Source of the DNA: Octopus sinensis
Lineage: Eukaryota
Assembly: GCF_006345805.1 (NCBI RefSeq)
Contig: NC_042998.1
Coordinates: forward strand, 129,084,001-129,148,000
Direction of reading: 5' to 3'
Length of the DNA stretch: 64,000 bases
Numbering within the stretch: position 1 is the stretch's first letter; each line of letters starts with the position of its first letter. Below the pieces are notes generated by a model. It saw nothing but the letters and a program-made list of their open reading frames with translations, did no database searches and was not told the DNA's origin. A program made the position numbers and the translations under genes. Below are positions 43,590-57,322 of this stretch, one piece after another.

Positions 43590-45775
43590 TGTGCAAAAGT
43601 ACGACGACCCCTGGAAAGACTAGACTGAACCACTACATATAAATAGCAGCGGTCTGAGTAAATGAGGTTGTTCGTGCAGAACGGTAGTATTCCTGCGTCT
43701 GTGAGCCGGAAAGTGGTGGCACTGATCAGGAAGGACCCAAACAAGGGGCACGTAATTGACAACTTTAGGTCCCTCATTCTGCTTAACGCAGAGTTGAAGA
43801 TTCTGGCCAAAGTATTAGCAAAAAGTTTGACGAAAGTCGTAGATGGTGTCGTTGGAGAGGCGCAGACCCACACCATGCCCGGCAGGACTATACGCGATCA
43901 TCTCCGCCCTATACGCTATACTTTAGAAAGCGTCAATAGGATTCCTAGAAAGGGTAAATAGAATCTGGCAAGGGTTGAGCGTTAGTCCAATTAGACCAAT
44001 CCAAGGCCTTTGATAGGGTAGACTGTCGGTATCTGGCGGTGGTCCTAGAGGCAGCAGGCTTTGGCACGACATTCCGCGGCTGGATCAATGCTTTATATAG
44101 CAGCATCAGGTCGGTAGTTCGGGTGAACGGTCTCTTTTAGGAGCCGTTCAATATCGAACGCTCGGTTCGTCAAGGTTGTCCACTTTCGTCTCTGCTGTAT
44201 GTATTGGCTCTTGAGCCACTATTGTAAAGATTGAAGACGACGAATGGAGACCTGCAAAATTTAGGTTATGGAAAGTCAGTCACAGCGTTTGCGGACAATG
44301 TCACTGTCAACGTATCTAGGGACCAGGACCTAAAGAGCTTAGGTGAGGCCCTAAAGGATTACGAAGCGGTGGCAGGAGCAAGAAGTAACCGGGATAAATC
44401 GGTCGGCTTGCAGCTCGGCACCTGAAGAGGCAAGTCGATGCGATCCAACAGCGTCGTCGGACGCTGAACAGACGGTCCGGTGCTTGGGGTCTGGTTTGGT
44501 CCAGACTTCCAGATAGAGAAGAATTGGAGTAAGGTTACAGGCAGGGTGGCGTCTATAACTCAGATCTGGTCTGGTTAGAGGCTATCCCTAAAAGGAAGTG
44601 CGGAGGTGGCAAATGTGTTTATCGTATCTGTCATTACCTATCGCCTAACCGTTGTGCCGTGCCCCGATAAGGCTAAACAAGTTGGAACGCATGTTCTTTC
44701 ACTTCTTGCGGGAGGGCAGGTGGCCTCTTTTAAGGCGCTCTATCTGCTGCCAACAGTCACAAAAGGGTGGGTTAAGGATGCCGTAGCTAAAGATGCACAG
44801 GCATGCGCTGAGGTTGGGGCATCTCTGGCTCTACCTGGACGGTGAGCTTTGTGGTCTCCGTTCGTTGATGAGATATTTCTCTTTTGGTAAACTGGAATGC
44901 TGGATTAGGCGTAGACCAAGTCTGGGAGCTTGGCAAGCAGAGTGTCGACAGGCGCTCGGGTTTCTCTCCCGAACGAGCAATGCCAGCGGAGGGGGTGCCA
45001 CATCGGCTTACTACAAAGGGCTGGTAGAGGGCAAGTATGATGACGGCCTGGAGCGACTCTGGGCTTCGATGAAAGTCAGCTTGCCAACATGCATCGAAGG
45101 GGTTTCGGTACGGGACCTATGGACAACTTCCAGAGATCCCTGGCTTGGCTGTGCTTCCGAAGTGCCTTGCCAGTTCGGGATAAAATTGCGAGGCACGGCG
45201 TCACGGATTCGCCTACGTGCCCACGTTGCTGGCAGAGCAACGAAACTATTTTGCATAAAATCGTGCAGTGTTCGAGTCTCTCGGACCTCTGGCTTTCTAC
45301 CGTACGAGTATTGTCACTGCTGGGGAGAGTACGGCCGTCAGCCGAGTCGATTTTTAAGAACGTTCCGCCGCCTTCGTTAAAAGGAGAAGAGAAATTCTGC
45401 TTTCTGGCCATAATAGCTATAGCGAAAGAGGTGATATCGAAGACGCATGAATGAGGTATCGCATCAGACACCTTCGTCTCCGGGCATGATTTTGTTAACC
45501 TCTTTTTATATCACTTCAGAGGGAAAGTATGCCTGAAGAAGAAATGCCTTATGTAAAAAAAGTAGTTAAGCGGGGGGGGGGGACGAAGTAAATAGTTCAA
45601 CGCAGGAATGTGGTTGGTGGGGGTCAAACCCATTCCGCATCCATTCATTCCTTCATTTTCATTCGCAGTTATAATGTTTTTATTCACTATATGTAATCTC
45701 ATCCGACAAGTCCTCGATCCCTATTTGTCCCGTGTATTGTCCCCTCTTTGGTTAACCCTTGTGGCTTTAATAAAA
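43590..45775 (+). mobile_element. 5'-truncated Tx1/L1-clade LINE (RT and C-terminal CCHC), decayed
   Basis: NFRSLILLNAELKILAKVL; LDQSKAFDRVD; SVRQGCPLS; AFADNV; LGVWFG; CPRCWQSNETILHKIVQC; 3' UTR ending CCCTTGTGGCTTTAATAAA. Confidence 0.92.
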
Positions 45776-46016
45776 TCATCGTGCTAGTTCGTGTGTTGGT
45801 AGTTCAAAGTTTACAGTTCGAGTTAACGTGCTGGATTACTGGTTCTTAAAAGATTGTTGTTACATTTCATGTGGTTACTGCCTTTTTGTTTCGATTATAT
45901 TTTTATTACACTGTTGCAGTGTATTCGTTTATCCATAAGGATATAACAAATGCACACACGCAGATACACTCACGTCTCCCTCCTTGCTCTCTCTGTCTGT
46001 CTCTCTATGTGTGTGT

Positions 46017-46047
<31 letters not shown>

Positions 46048-46909
46048 TGTGGGGCTCTCTCTCTCTCTCTCTCTCTCCCTCTCTGTACCTTATATCGCTT
46101 AGTTCTTGGCATTGAGACGCAAGTATAGCAGTAAGCGTAATTTTCCATTTGTTAATTTCATAAGTTTCCACTCAATCCTGATGCCATGATATGAATAGAA
46201 ACCATTACTCATTACTAACTAAATCAAATATGCATTTCAATTTATATGTAACCTAATTTTACAATTGTTGAGATATTAGGTTTAATATTTTACTCAAGGC
46301 CAGTAATATCAGGGAAGGGTGTAATTCGGTTTCATCGACCACACCAGTATTCAACTGGTACTTATTTTATCGACCCCGAAAGAATGAAAGGCAAAATCTA
46401 CCTCGGCGAAATAACTGCTGAAATATTAGCAGCTCACCTACGTAGTAAGGAAACTAGAATCTTCAGCATATATGAAGTATAAACACTACATTAAGTTTCA
46501 TTGCACTTTGAAGCTCTAAGATGTTCTTAAATATAAAACTGTACTTCACTATAATATGTGTTTTAATAACACATCATTATTTACGATGTTTTTATGATTG
46601 TGTAAGAGTGAGGCATACATCTGACACGTATATAAGAAACTACAGAATAAGCAAAACAAAAATTTCGTCTTGGTATCGAAACCTCATATTGCATTATCGG
46701 TTGTTGACAACAGTATGTGACAAACAAGTATTGTAATACTTACTATAATAGATATTATAATTATGTAGAACAGAAACATTTGCTGAGCTTGGATGTGTTT
46801 ATTCAGGGCAATGTTCTATTGCTGTTGTCATAACGTGTCCTTGATAGCGAAGCTGAAATAATTATTGACAGGGAAAAAAACAGCCAGGGGAGAGAAAGGC
46901 ATAAACAGA

Positions 46910-46972
46910 GAAACACACACACACACACACACACATGTAAAAACACACAAGAGGAGAGAGGAAGAGAGAGAC

Positions 46973-47003
<31 letters not shown>

Positions 47004-48200
47004 AAGAGGAAGAAAGAGATAAGAATTGAGGCCTGATGGATGTCAATGGAAAGTGGAAAGAGATGATGGGTTTCAGGATAAATTGACATAAAGAGAATAA
47101 TTGCAATACATACACACATACACACACACGCAGGACACACAGAGAGGGAAAGAAGGGAAGAAAAAGAGAGAAAAAGAGGAAGAGAGAAAGAGAGAGAGAG
47201 AAAGAAGAGTGAGTTAGAGAAGTAATGAGTTGGAAAGAGAGCGAGGAAAGAAGTGATATAGAATGGTTAGTATAAAAGATGAAGAAATAAAGAGGTATAA
47301 TGAGAGCAGATGGGCGGAAAGACAGACCGACAGACGGAATGACGGATCGACAGACAGACAGACAGAGCGATAGAGGGATGGATACTTAGATAAAGAGACA
47401 GACAGACAAATATATAGATTGGTAGATAAATACATACGCGGAGCGAAAATGGTGACTATAGGCTTGCGATAATGGAGAAATGCTAAATCAAATAAGGATA
47501 AAGAAATAGAAAATAAGGGGAACAAGAGATGGAGAAGAAACCGGCTGGAGAGAGAGGGGTGAGAGGAGGAGAGAGATATGAATTATATCATGTAAAAAGG
47601 AGAGACAAAAGAGGAAGACAGATGAACAGACAGATAGACAGATAGACAGACACAAACACACAAAAAACATACATAAAGTTGCATAGATAGATAAATATAT
47701 AGATAGAGAGAGAGAGAGAGGAGAGATAGAAAGAGAAAGAGAGAGAGGAGAGAGAGAGAGAGAGAGAGAGGGAGACACTTTCTGTGTTTTACATACGTGT
47801 GTGTATGAATATGACTGAAGTATTGAAGCAACATATAAGGACAGTGAATAATAATAGTCTACATTACTATGATGGAAACAACGGGAATTAGAAAGAGTGG
47901 GGGAGAGAGAGAGAGTGGGAGAGAGAGAGTGGAAGAGAGAGAGTGGAAGAGAGAGAGAGAGAAACTTGGAGGGTGAAAGACTCGGAAGGAGAGAGAAAGA
48001 GAGCCTTGAAGAGAGTGTCTGAGATATGATATAGTATGACATTTTGAATAGGAAGTTGGTGGTTGAGGTGGAGTTAAGGGGAGATAACTGGAGAAAGAAG
48101 GCGTGGAAGAGGGGCGAGAGTAAGATGGATTAGAAGAAGACAAGAAAGAAAGAAAAAGTCTGGGTAAAGTAAGAAGTGAGAGGGTGGGACCGATGTCATT
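46910..48200. repeat. GA/GACA-rich low-complexity purine tract
   Basis: Directly visible. Confidence 0.85.
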
Positions 48201-48340
48201 AAGACGGAAACGAAATAAAAGTGTGTTACGGAACTGAACATCCAAGCAGTGTAAACACGCATTATTCCAATTGCATGCTTGAGTGTATGTATATACGCAC
48301 GCACAAAAACAAACGTTATTTTGTCGTTCATAGCCCCCTG

Positions 48341-48434
<94 letters not shown>

Positions 48435-48437
48435 TAT

Positions 48438-48471
<34 letters not shown>

Positions 48472-48490
48472 ATATATGCATATATGTATG

Positions 48491-48523
<33 letters not shown>

Positions 48524-48621
48524 CAATATATATCACATATATATTTACATATTATTATATATATATATCGAAACATTTATCAATTTATATAGATACGTGT
48601 GCTTATTAATAAATGTATACG

Positions 48622-48786
48622 CATAGGAGTTGTTGTGTAGTAAGAAGATTGCTTCCCAACCACATGGTTCCGTGTTCAGTTCCATTGTGCTGCTCCTTGG
48701 GCACATTTTCCAACTACAGACCCAGGCCCACGTAGGCCTTCTGAGTGAATATGATTTGATAGACGGAAAGTGAAAATAAGCCTGCT
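48622..48786 (+). mobile_element. 5' half of a tRNA-derived SINE (family of 19131); its probable 3' tail lies at 49341-49402
   Basis: TTGCTTCCCAACCACATGGTTCCG.GTTCAGT.CC..; tail AAGGCGGTGC..GACTGAAATAAGTAAAGGATAA. Confidence 0.75.
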
Positions 48787-49147
48787 AAACACACATGCAC
48801 ACATACACATACATACACAAACACACACATACACAAACACACACACACACATACACATACATACATACATGCATACATGCATGCATATACATGTATATAT
48901 ATATATAATCAGTTGAATTCGGTACCTAAGTTGAGGCACAAGTCAGTCCGGTATTATCCGCACAGCTCGAAGAGTGAATAAAATCAAAAACAGCAAGGAT
49001 ATCCTGTTGCTTATCTAGATATTTATATATATATATATATATATACATATATTATATATATATATATATATTATATATATATATATATAATATATATTAT
49101 AATATATTATATATATATATATATACATATATGAGAATGTTTATTGA

Positions 49148-49251
49148 TTACTACAGTTGTTTCAACGCATCTAGCATCGATTCCTCACGTGTGGGTTATT
49201 GCACATCTGGTTTAGGTGTATCTGTCGGTGTAGATGTGTCTTTTCAGGTGA
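49148..49251 (-). ncRNA. Degenerate hammerhead-like motif with long stem II (Penelope-type terminus)
   Basis: Minus strand: TCAC-CTGAAAA-GACACATCTA...TAGATGCGTT-GAAAC AACT GTA-GTAA, followed by AATAAA. Confidence 0.5.
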
Positions 49252-49637
49252 CAAGATGTATCTTGTTAAAATAACGTCTGTTCTGCAAGATTTCTTCTTG
49301 GTTTGTGTATACAAAAGCAGAAAATTGGCTTGTTTATATACACATTTAAGGCGGTGCAACAGCACGTCCGCAGTTCTATGACTGAAATAAGTAAAGGATA
49401 ATATGTGTGTGTGTGTGTATAAATTCGTTCTTACAGATATACATTTATATGGATGTATATCTACATAATATACATGTGTATATGTGTGTATGCGTGCGTT
49501 TTGTCGTGCAAATAACAGAGAACGTGCACAATATAGTCAGTAGTTTGTAAGATGATCGTTCGGTTAAAGCACTCACTTTGTAGTCACCTGATTTCCGGTT
49601 CAATCTTTCTGTGGCGATGGGTCTTGTACTAAACCAC

Positions 49638-49779
49638 CAGGGGCAAACTGAGCCGTCGGTAAATTGGGCACTGCCCAAGGGCCCGGAGCTCTGAGGAACC
49701 CGCACTCTACATGTTAATACTACAAAACACACTTTCAAAGTAGTCCGGTGAACAGCTAATATTCTCAGTCCGCCCCCTG
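49638..49779. mobile_element. Small hAT-type MITE (~142 bp)
   Basis: TIRs CAGGGGCAAACTGAG and CTCAGTCCGCCCCCTG; 8-mer TACTAAAC on both flanks (3-bp offset on the left). Confidence 0.7.
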
Positions 49780-50014
49780 TACTAAACCTTCAAATTGACC
49801 AACATGTGATGAAGGAAAATGTGCGAAGGAGTAGAATGTCAAATGGTTTATAACTGTTCGTCGTAAATAAATTCATTACATTGTTCTGCATAATAAATAT
49901 TTCTACAACAGCCTTGGGCACCTTTAAAGTATTTCATTTTGTTGTAAGCATATGGTTCGTGGTCCAGATGTATTAGCATATGGTTCGTAGTCCAGATGCT
50001 TAAAATATATAGGT

Positions 50015-50173
<159 letters not shown>

Positions 50174-50204
50174 GTCTGTCTATCTATCTATCTATCTATC
50201 TATA

Positions 50205-51440
50205 TTAGGATGGCAACAAAGTTCCCGCTGTTTTTTTAATTTAAAAGTTTTAAAGGTTTAAAAAAAATAACAGCTAATTAATCAATAATGTATTCATCCT
50301 TGTTATTTACAACTTCTTCCCAACGTTCAACAAGATTGTCAATACCTCGTGGGTAGAAATCACCTGATTTCTACTCGAAAAATTGATCCAACCAGCTCTC
50401 AATTCTGCATCAGTATTGAGCGAAACTCTGCGTATAGCATTTGAATGAGGTGGAAATACGTTGGTGCCAAATCAGGAGAGTACGGCGGCTGTGACAACAT
50501 TTCCCAGCTATGCTTTTGAATGGCATCCTTGGTCATATTGGCGATATGAAGGCGGGCGTTGTCGTTTAGCAGAAGAACTCCATGCTGACTGCTGACGATT
50601 AGTTCTTTTCTCTCGAATAGCTGTGTTGAGCTGTTCCATCTGTTGAACATAGAGTTCCGCGTTGACCGTTTGGTTCCGTTCAAGCAATTCTTAATGGATA
50701 ATCTCTTCCCAGTCCCACCATACGCACAACATCGTTTTACGCGGATGAAGATCTTGTTTCGCGCGCTGTGTCGCTTGTTTACCGGGGCTAGGCCATTCAT
50801 TACGCTGCTGCATATTGATGTACAGATACCATGTTTCGCCGCCAGTAACGATTCGGTAAAGAAATCGTTGCTTGTGTCCATGAGTTGAGCGGTGACGAGC
50901 CAGCAAACCAGCGGAGATTGTGGCACATTGATTTTTGTTGTCGTCACTTAAAGCATGCGGAACCCATGCTTCATACTTCTGGACCCTTCCCATCGAGTGA
51001 AGATGCTTCTCTATAGCAATGTGGAAGCATTCCATTTTCTCTGCTAGTTCCCTTGTCATTTGACGAGAATTGTCGTGCAAAAGTTGGGTTAATCGCTCTT
51101 CATCGAACTCAACTGGACGGCCAGAACGAGGTATGCCTTTGAGGTCAAAATTTCCATATTTGAACTTGGCATACCAATCACGAACGGTTCTTTCAGCTAT
51201 GGCACACTCTCCATACACAGCAAAAATGTCGCGAGCAGCTTTTGCGGCCTTAGAACCTTGATTAAAAGCAAAAAGGACGTGTCGAAAATGCTCATTTTTC
51301 TTGACATAACATTTTAATGATCTGAAAATAAACAAAAAATAACAAAAGCAAAAGACAAAAAACAAAATAGACTCCAAAATTTAAAAACGCAATAAATTCC
51401 AAAATTTAAAAAAACGGCGGCAACTCAGTTGCCAATACAA
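50205..51440 (-). mobile_element. Full-length mariner transposon (~1.24 kb)
   Basis: Imperfect ~30-bp TIRs (TTAGGATGGCAACAAAGTTCCCGCTGTTTT vs reverse complement TTGTATTGGCAACTGAGTTGCCGCCGTTTT), flanked by TA on both sides. Confidence 0.93.
50278..51320 (-). pseudogene. Mariner DD34D transposase, inactive
   Basis: PRSGRP; WVPHAL; IVTGGETW (first catalytic D replaced by G); NDNARLH; PPYSPDLAPTYFHL (third D replaced by Y); frameshifts. Confidence 0.93.
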
Positions 51441-51524
51441 TACATACATACATACATACATACATACATACATACATACATACATACAAACATACATACA
51501 TACATACATACATACATACATACA

Positions 51525-51560
<36 letters not shown>

Positions 51561-52229
51561 TATGACAGAAGTGAGGGTGTATTTTCACGCAGTAAAATAT
51601 ATAGGCAAATTTGTTGTTGAAAATGCACGTGAATTTGAAAATATTGTGTAATTAATTTAAAATAAATTTATTTACATATATACAAAACTAGTTTCAACAA
51701 TGTTTTTTGTTTATCAATAGTAAACATTTAGAATTATGAATTAGAAAAACATGTTAAAAGTTTCAATGTGAGAATTTTAAATGTTCATAACAATCAATAA
51801 TATAAAAACTGTGGATCAACTTGTTTAAATGTACAAATTTCAATAGTGTTAGTAGTAGTCGACAAGAAATGAATATCATCAAAGTTTCAGTCATACTGAG
51901 TTAAGAGGGAGAAAAACAAGGGAGAAATGAAGATTGTAAAATCAAGGATTTCGCTTGCAGTTTCTGTGATTCTCTTTCTGTCATGAGCAGGAACTTGCGC
52001 TTGTAACGGTGTTTTTTCGGAATCCGGTGTATTTATTATTTTTTTCGCGAACGGATCTGATTTTTGATTCGTTAAAGTATGACGTTTTGCCTGTTTGGCT
52101 TCCTTGTGGAGAACGGTCATCAGCTGTTTCAGTTGGTTGATTCTCTTAAAGGGTCATTTTTGTTGAGTAAAAGTTCTTAAACAAGATAGTGACACTATTT
52201 TCTTTTAGTAATTAATTTTGTCAGCATTT

Positions 52230-53010
52230 CAAAAGAGCTTTATGAATGTTACCAGCTAATTTCAGAAAAAATATCCTCGTCTCAAACAAAAAATTTTCCT
52301 TAGCCGTCTATTGTAGCCTTTAGACGCAATAAAAATTTGAGAGCTATTAGCCACTACCTCCAATCCTTAAAATCACAACCATTGGAGTTCTGAACGCTGC
52401 ATCTCAAAATATGGCCGAAAGTGAGATAAACCCTGTTCATTGTGCAACAACAAGAGTCAAGTCAATTCCATCACAAATCATGATAGAAATGTTATGATTT
52501 ATACAGAAGGTGGGACGTATAAAGATTCCCATTCTGTGTACGTAACGAAATGCACCAAACACAACTTGATTTATGTTTATTATACAACAGAACAGTTAAA
52601 TAAAAGATTCATTGGGCATAGATATGATGTCAGGCATTATAGCAGTAGTTCGACAGAGTTTGCCGAACATTTTACATGAAACAGCTGTAATTTTGAGTAA
52701 CATCTGAAAGTTCACATTCACGGAAACTATTCTGGCTTTACAAAACTTCTAGTCCTCAAAATGCATGATTTGTGAATTGTTACGTCAGAGGAATGAATAA
52801 AATGACAGGTGAATTTCATCACATTTACACACAACTATTTGACTAAGTTTTCCCTTTCCTGCTTTTTTTTTCTTTTTCCTTGTTACCAGTTATGAAAAAG
52901 TGATAACTGACGATGTCCTTTTATCTAAAAAGGAACGCAGGATTTCTTCGTCCATATTTTAAATTTCTTTGTTTCTGCGGGATTTTTTTTTGCCGAAATA
53001 TTGTTCAATC
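52230..53010 (+). mobile_element. Penelope-like element 3' part (linker, GIY-YIG endonuclease, terminal region)
   Basis: IVAFRRNKNLR; PCSLC; VYVTKCTKHNLIYVYYT..LNKRFIGHRYD (GIY-YIG); CTGACGA...GAAA at 52907-52998. Confidence 0.75.
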
Positions 53011-53106
53011 CGTTCAATAAACAGTCATTTTCTATTACAAATCGCATTGCGTACTTCTTATTGTTCCTCCCCCCTCCCCTCCTCCTCTCCCCCCCCCTCC
53101 TCCTCG

Positions 53107-53141
<35 letters not shown>

Positions 53142-54092
53142 TCATCATCATCATCATTGTTATTGGGAAATATATTTTATTAAAAACCGACTTTCCAAAT
53201 ACTCATTTTACAAAGAGGTCCACTTAGTATTTAATACATTTCTCGAGGAATTATTCCACTGGCTTTCTTTGCAGGAAATGTGTTGTAAACTTTATCATGC
53301 CTGTAGCTTATCGAATAACCTATTCATGAATGTTTTAAATTTTAACGAATATATCAAAATTAAAAGCTTTACCCTACATGATCCTTTTCCTTGGCTAGAA
53401 ACCGCTTATGCAGACTGTATATGTTATTCACTTGCCAGGCAAATATACACATATAGAACGCATAAACGTATTTATACACTCATGTTTATGTGTCTGCGTA
53501 CCATGGAGAATAATATAGGGTATTAATAATTGTACTACGACTGAATTGTTTGAGACTTTTACAACATATAAAAAGACCTCGTCATAGACTCATGTACCAA
53601 CACATACGCTTATATATAAAAACATACAGATGGACGGATGCACATAGTTACATCTCCCCCCCCACACACACATGTGTGCCTGTATGTGTATAAACAGTTA
53701 CGTGTCCCCATATACCTATATTCTTGGCACGCAAACACACTGATATTACATAAATACATACGATATTTTCTTCTTAGTGTGTTCCTAAACATGCATGCCG
53801 ATCATGATAAGTGTAAATTATCTACAGTTTGGTATTATTATACGGCGCTTCATTGTGCGTGCCTGATCGCACCACTACACATCGATAAGTTGTTTATAGG
53901 TAAAAAAACCCCAAAAAAAGAAAACCCCGAAAAAACAAAAAACTTTCAAACTACGAATTTCAAATATGTACTTTTATTCTATTTCAAGTTTGTAACATAA
54001 AAGCTACTCCCCACCCCCATTTTGCCTCCCTCGCTCGCATGCCTTCAAACATTCATTTTCTTGATTTATTCTTACTTCTCTAACAATATCAC

Positions 54093-54127
<35 letters not shown>

Positions 54128-54461
54128 TATATATAGCTCTAGATATATAATATATATATGTATGTATGTATATATATGTATGCGTAAGTATATATATATA
54201 TATATACACATACATGCATACAAAGCACTATATATATATATATTGTACACGGAATGAATACGTAGATATGAGCTACCTTCCATTATTTTATGTGGCCGAA
54301 CGTTTCGCCAGTCAGTAAAATTGCTACACTGTGTAACGCTACGGGAATTTTGAATTAAAAATTCTCTTTAAAGACTTTTCTTGTCTCATGATTCGAGTAC
54401 ATAAACACATTAGTTACTACGGCAGGTGCAATATATATAATATATATATATATAATATAAT

Positions 54462-54497
<36 letters not shown>

Positions 54498-55045
54498 CAT
54501 ACATACATATATATGTGTGTGTGTGTGTGTGTGTATGGTGTGTACACACACATGCAGACAGACGCGTACACACACACACACACACACGTATATATGTTAC
54601 CTGTCAAGTTATGGAACATAATTTTTCTCTATTATGTGAGTTTGTAGGTGAATTTTGTAAAGTAAGAATTTAAACAACCAAATGGAATGGAAAATAAAAA
54701 AAGACTGAAACATATGGGAGACTTAAACTCGTGAAGAAATACCAAAGCTATCGTCTGCAAAAAGGAAAGAAAATATAATCCATATCTAGTCAATAATTAC
54801 TCGAACTTTATTGACAATGTAAAGAGAAAAAAAAAAAATAAACAAAAACATAAAACAAAACAAAGTAAACTAGAGAAAAAAAACAACAAAAAGACTTGCT
54901 TCATTTCAAAGAAGTGTGAGAACTAGTAAGGAATACAGAAAGGTAGCGGGCGTGAATTTAGAGAGATATATTACACCGCAATATTTACATACATACATAC
55001 ATACAGACGTGCATATGTATATACAAACATATATGAATATATATA

Positions 55046-55095
<50 letters not shown>

Positions 55096-55132
55096 TATGA
55101 ATGTACATATGTATATATATATATTTTCATAT

Positions 55133-55189
<57 letters not shown>

Positions 55190-55237
55190 CATATAAAATA
55201 TATTCGCCGCACACACATATATTTATAATATATATAC

Positions 55238-55335
<98 letters not shown>

Positions 55336-56010
55336 TACACACACACACACACCCCACACACATATATAATATATATAATATATATATATATATATATACC
55401 TACATACGTATACAACTATCTACATCTATATCTATGCATAAATATATACATGTATCTGTTCTGTAATATATGCACACGCGACTACGTTGTTTATCTTTGC
55501 ATTGAATCAATCATTAAACCTTTCGTTTTCTATTTTCATTTGTTTTTTTTTTAGTTACTCCCCTTTCCTCCTTTCTTTCTTGCTTTCAACCTTATTTTCT
55601 TTCTAACAACCGATCGTCTGCTTTTGATGCAATTTATTTATTGCATGGATAAACATATTTCCTTTTTTTCTCTCTAAATTAGTTTGATATAAGCATGCAT
55701 GCTATTACAAAATTTACCATAACATATCCTTCAGACCCGCAATGCGTTTCTTTTCCATAATTATATTCATAATATCTCTGATATATTTTTTAATTTGTTT
55801 CCTTCTATTACACACACGCGTGCCCCTCCACACACGCACACTTGCACGCCACACACACAGACACCACACACACACACACACGTATACATACATACACACA
55901 CTCACAAACATGCACACGCACATGTTAGTCTTCTCTGGTTCTGTATTTCTTCATCATCAACAGTTTTGACACTAATGTTTTCTACATTATTCCTTTCAAA
56001 AACATTTCTT

Positions 56011-56050
<40 letters not shown>

Positions 56051-56242
56051 ACACACAAACACATATACACACACATATAGATGTATGTATGTAGATATAT
56101 ATATACCATGTATATATATATATATACACACATTTACACATATGTAAATGAAGATACATAATCACATACATACAAACATATCTGTATTCGCATACAATCA
56201 TACACCTATTATGTGTGTGTATATTATATTATATATATATAT

Positions 56243-56286
<44 letters not shown>

Positions 56287-56689
56287 TATATTTATGCATA
56301 AGTGTGTGTATGCACACACACACACGTATATATATATATATATATATGAATGTACGTATTCTATATCGATGCGAACAGGAATGCGAGGGAAAGTGTACTC
56401 AAAACTATATTAGAGCCTATATATATTATATTGTGTTTGGAGCTGAATCCTGACGAACGACCGCAATGAATATTTCTGTAACAAGTAACTCGGAGTACTG
56501 TTCTCTGAAATTTTAGGTCACTTTGATTATATAGTAACGCACAAAAATGCACATATACTCTGACTGACATAATGGAAGTCCTTAATCCGAGAAAGGCATT
56601 CTGAAATTTCTTGCCGAACAAGTTGCGCAAACGATTTTTCTATAGTGATCAAATATTTATGCTGAACTTCAGCTCACTTTATCCATCAA

Positions 56690-57025
56690 GTCGACGTTGC
56701 CTGAAAAGGTGGTGCACGGTGTACCACTCGTCAGGTCTCGTAGTTGTCACAGATCTACGTGAGATGAAGTCATTCGTTCAGGGACACCATGCACCACACT
56801 GTCCAGGAATTAAACCTTGATCACTCGATCGTGAGTACATTACCGTAACAATAGGCCATGTTACCTTGCTCGCCGAAACATACGCTATATAAGTAAGTGT
56901 ATGTATATAAACATATTATGAAGGAACGTGTCGTAGTGGTTAGGTTTTCCAGGTCAAGATTATGAAGTCATAAATCTGATTCCTGGAGTAGAAGTGAATT
57001 TTGTGTACTGGGGTAAGGTATATCA
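56690..57025. mobile_element. Degenerate tRNA-derived SINE heads, divergently oriented
   Basis: Minus-strand head-like sequence (CAGGAATTAAACC..GTAACAATAGGCCA on +) and + strand GTAGTGGTTAGG...GATTCCTGG. Confidence 0.45.
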
Positions 57026-57248
57026 CATCGTTCCAATTATAATGTATATATATATATACATTATAATTGGGACAATGTGAAGTGAAGTAGTATCAGATGA
57101 GGATTCCATAATGAAATTAACACTACATGAAGGAGGTTGCGAAACGGATATAATCCTGTGTAAGTCACATGATTATATATATATATACATATATATACAT
57201 ACATATACACAGACATACCCACATATACACTCACAGAGATATGTATAT

Positions 57249-57317
<69 letters not shown>

Positions 57318-57322
<5 letters not shown>

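Noticed and set aside
54285-54325. Minus-strand CTGACTGGCGAAACGTTCGG
   Set aside because: Core spacing and helices do not fit a hammerhead.
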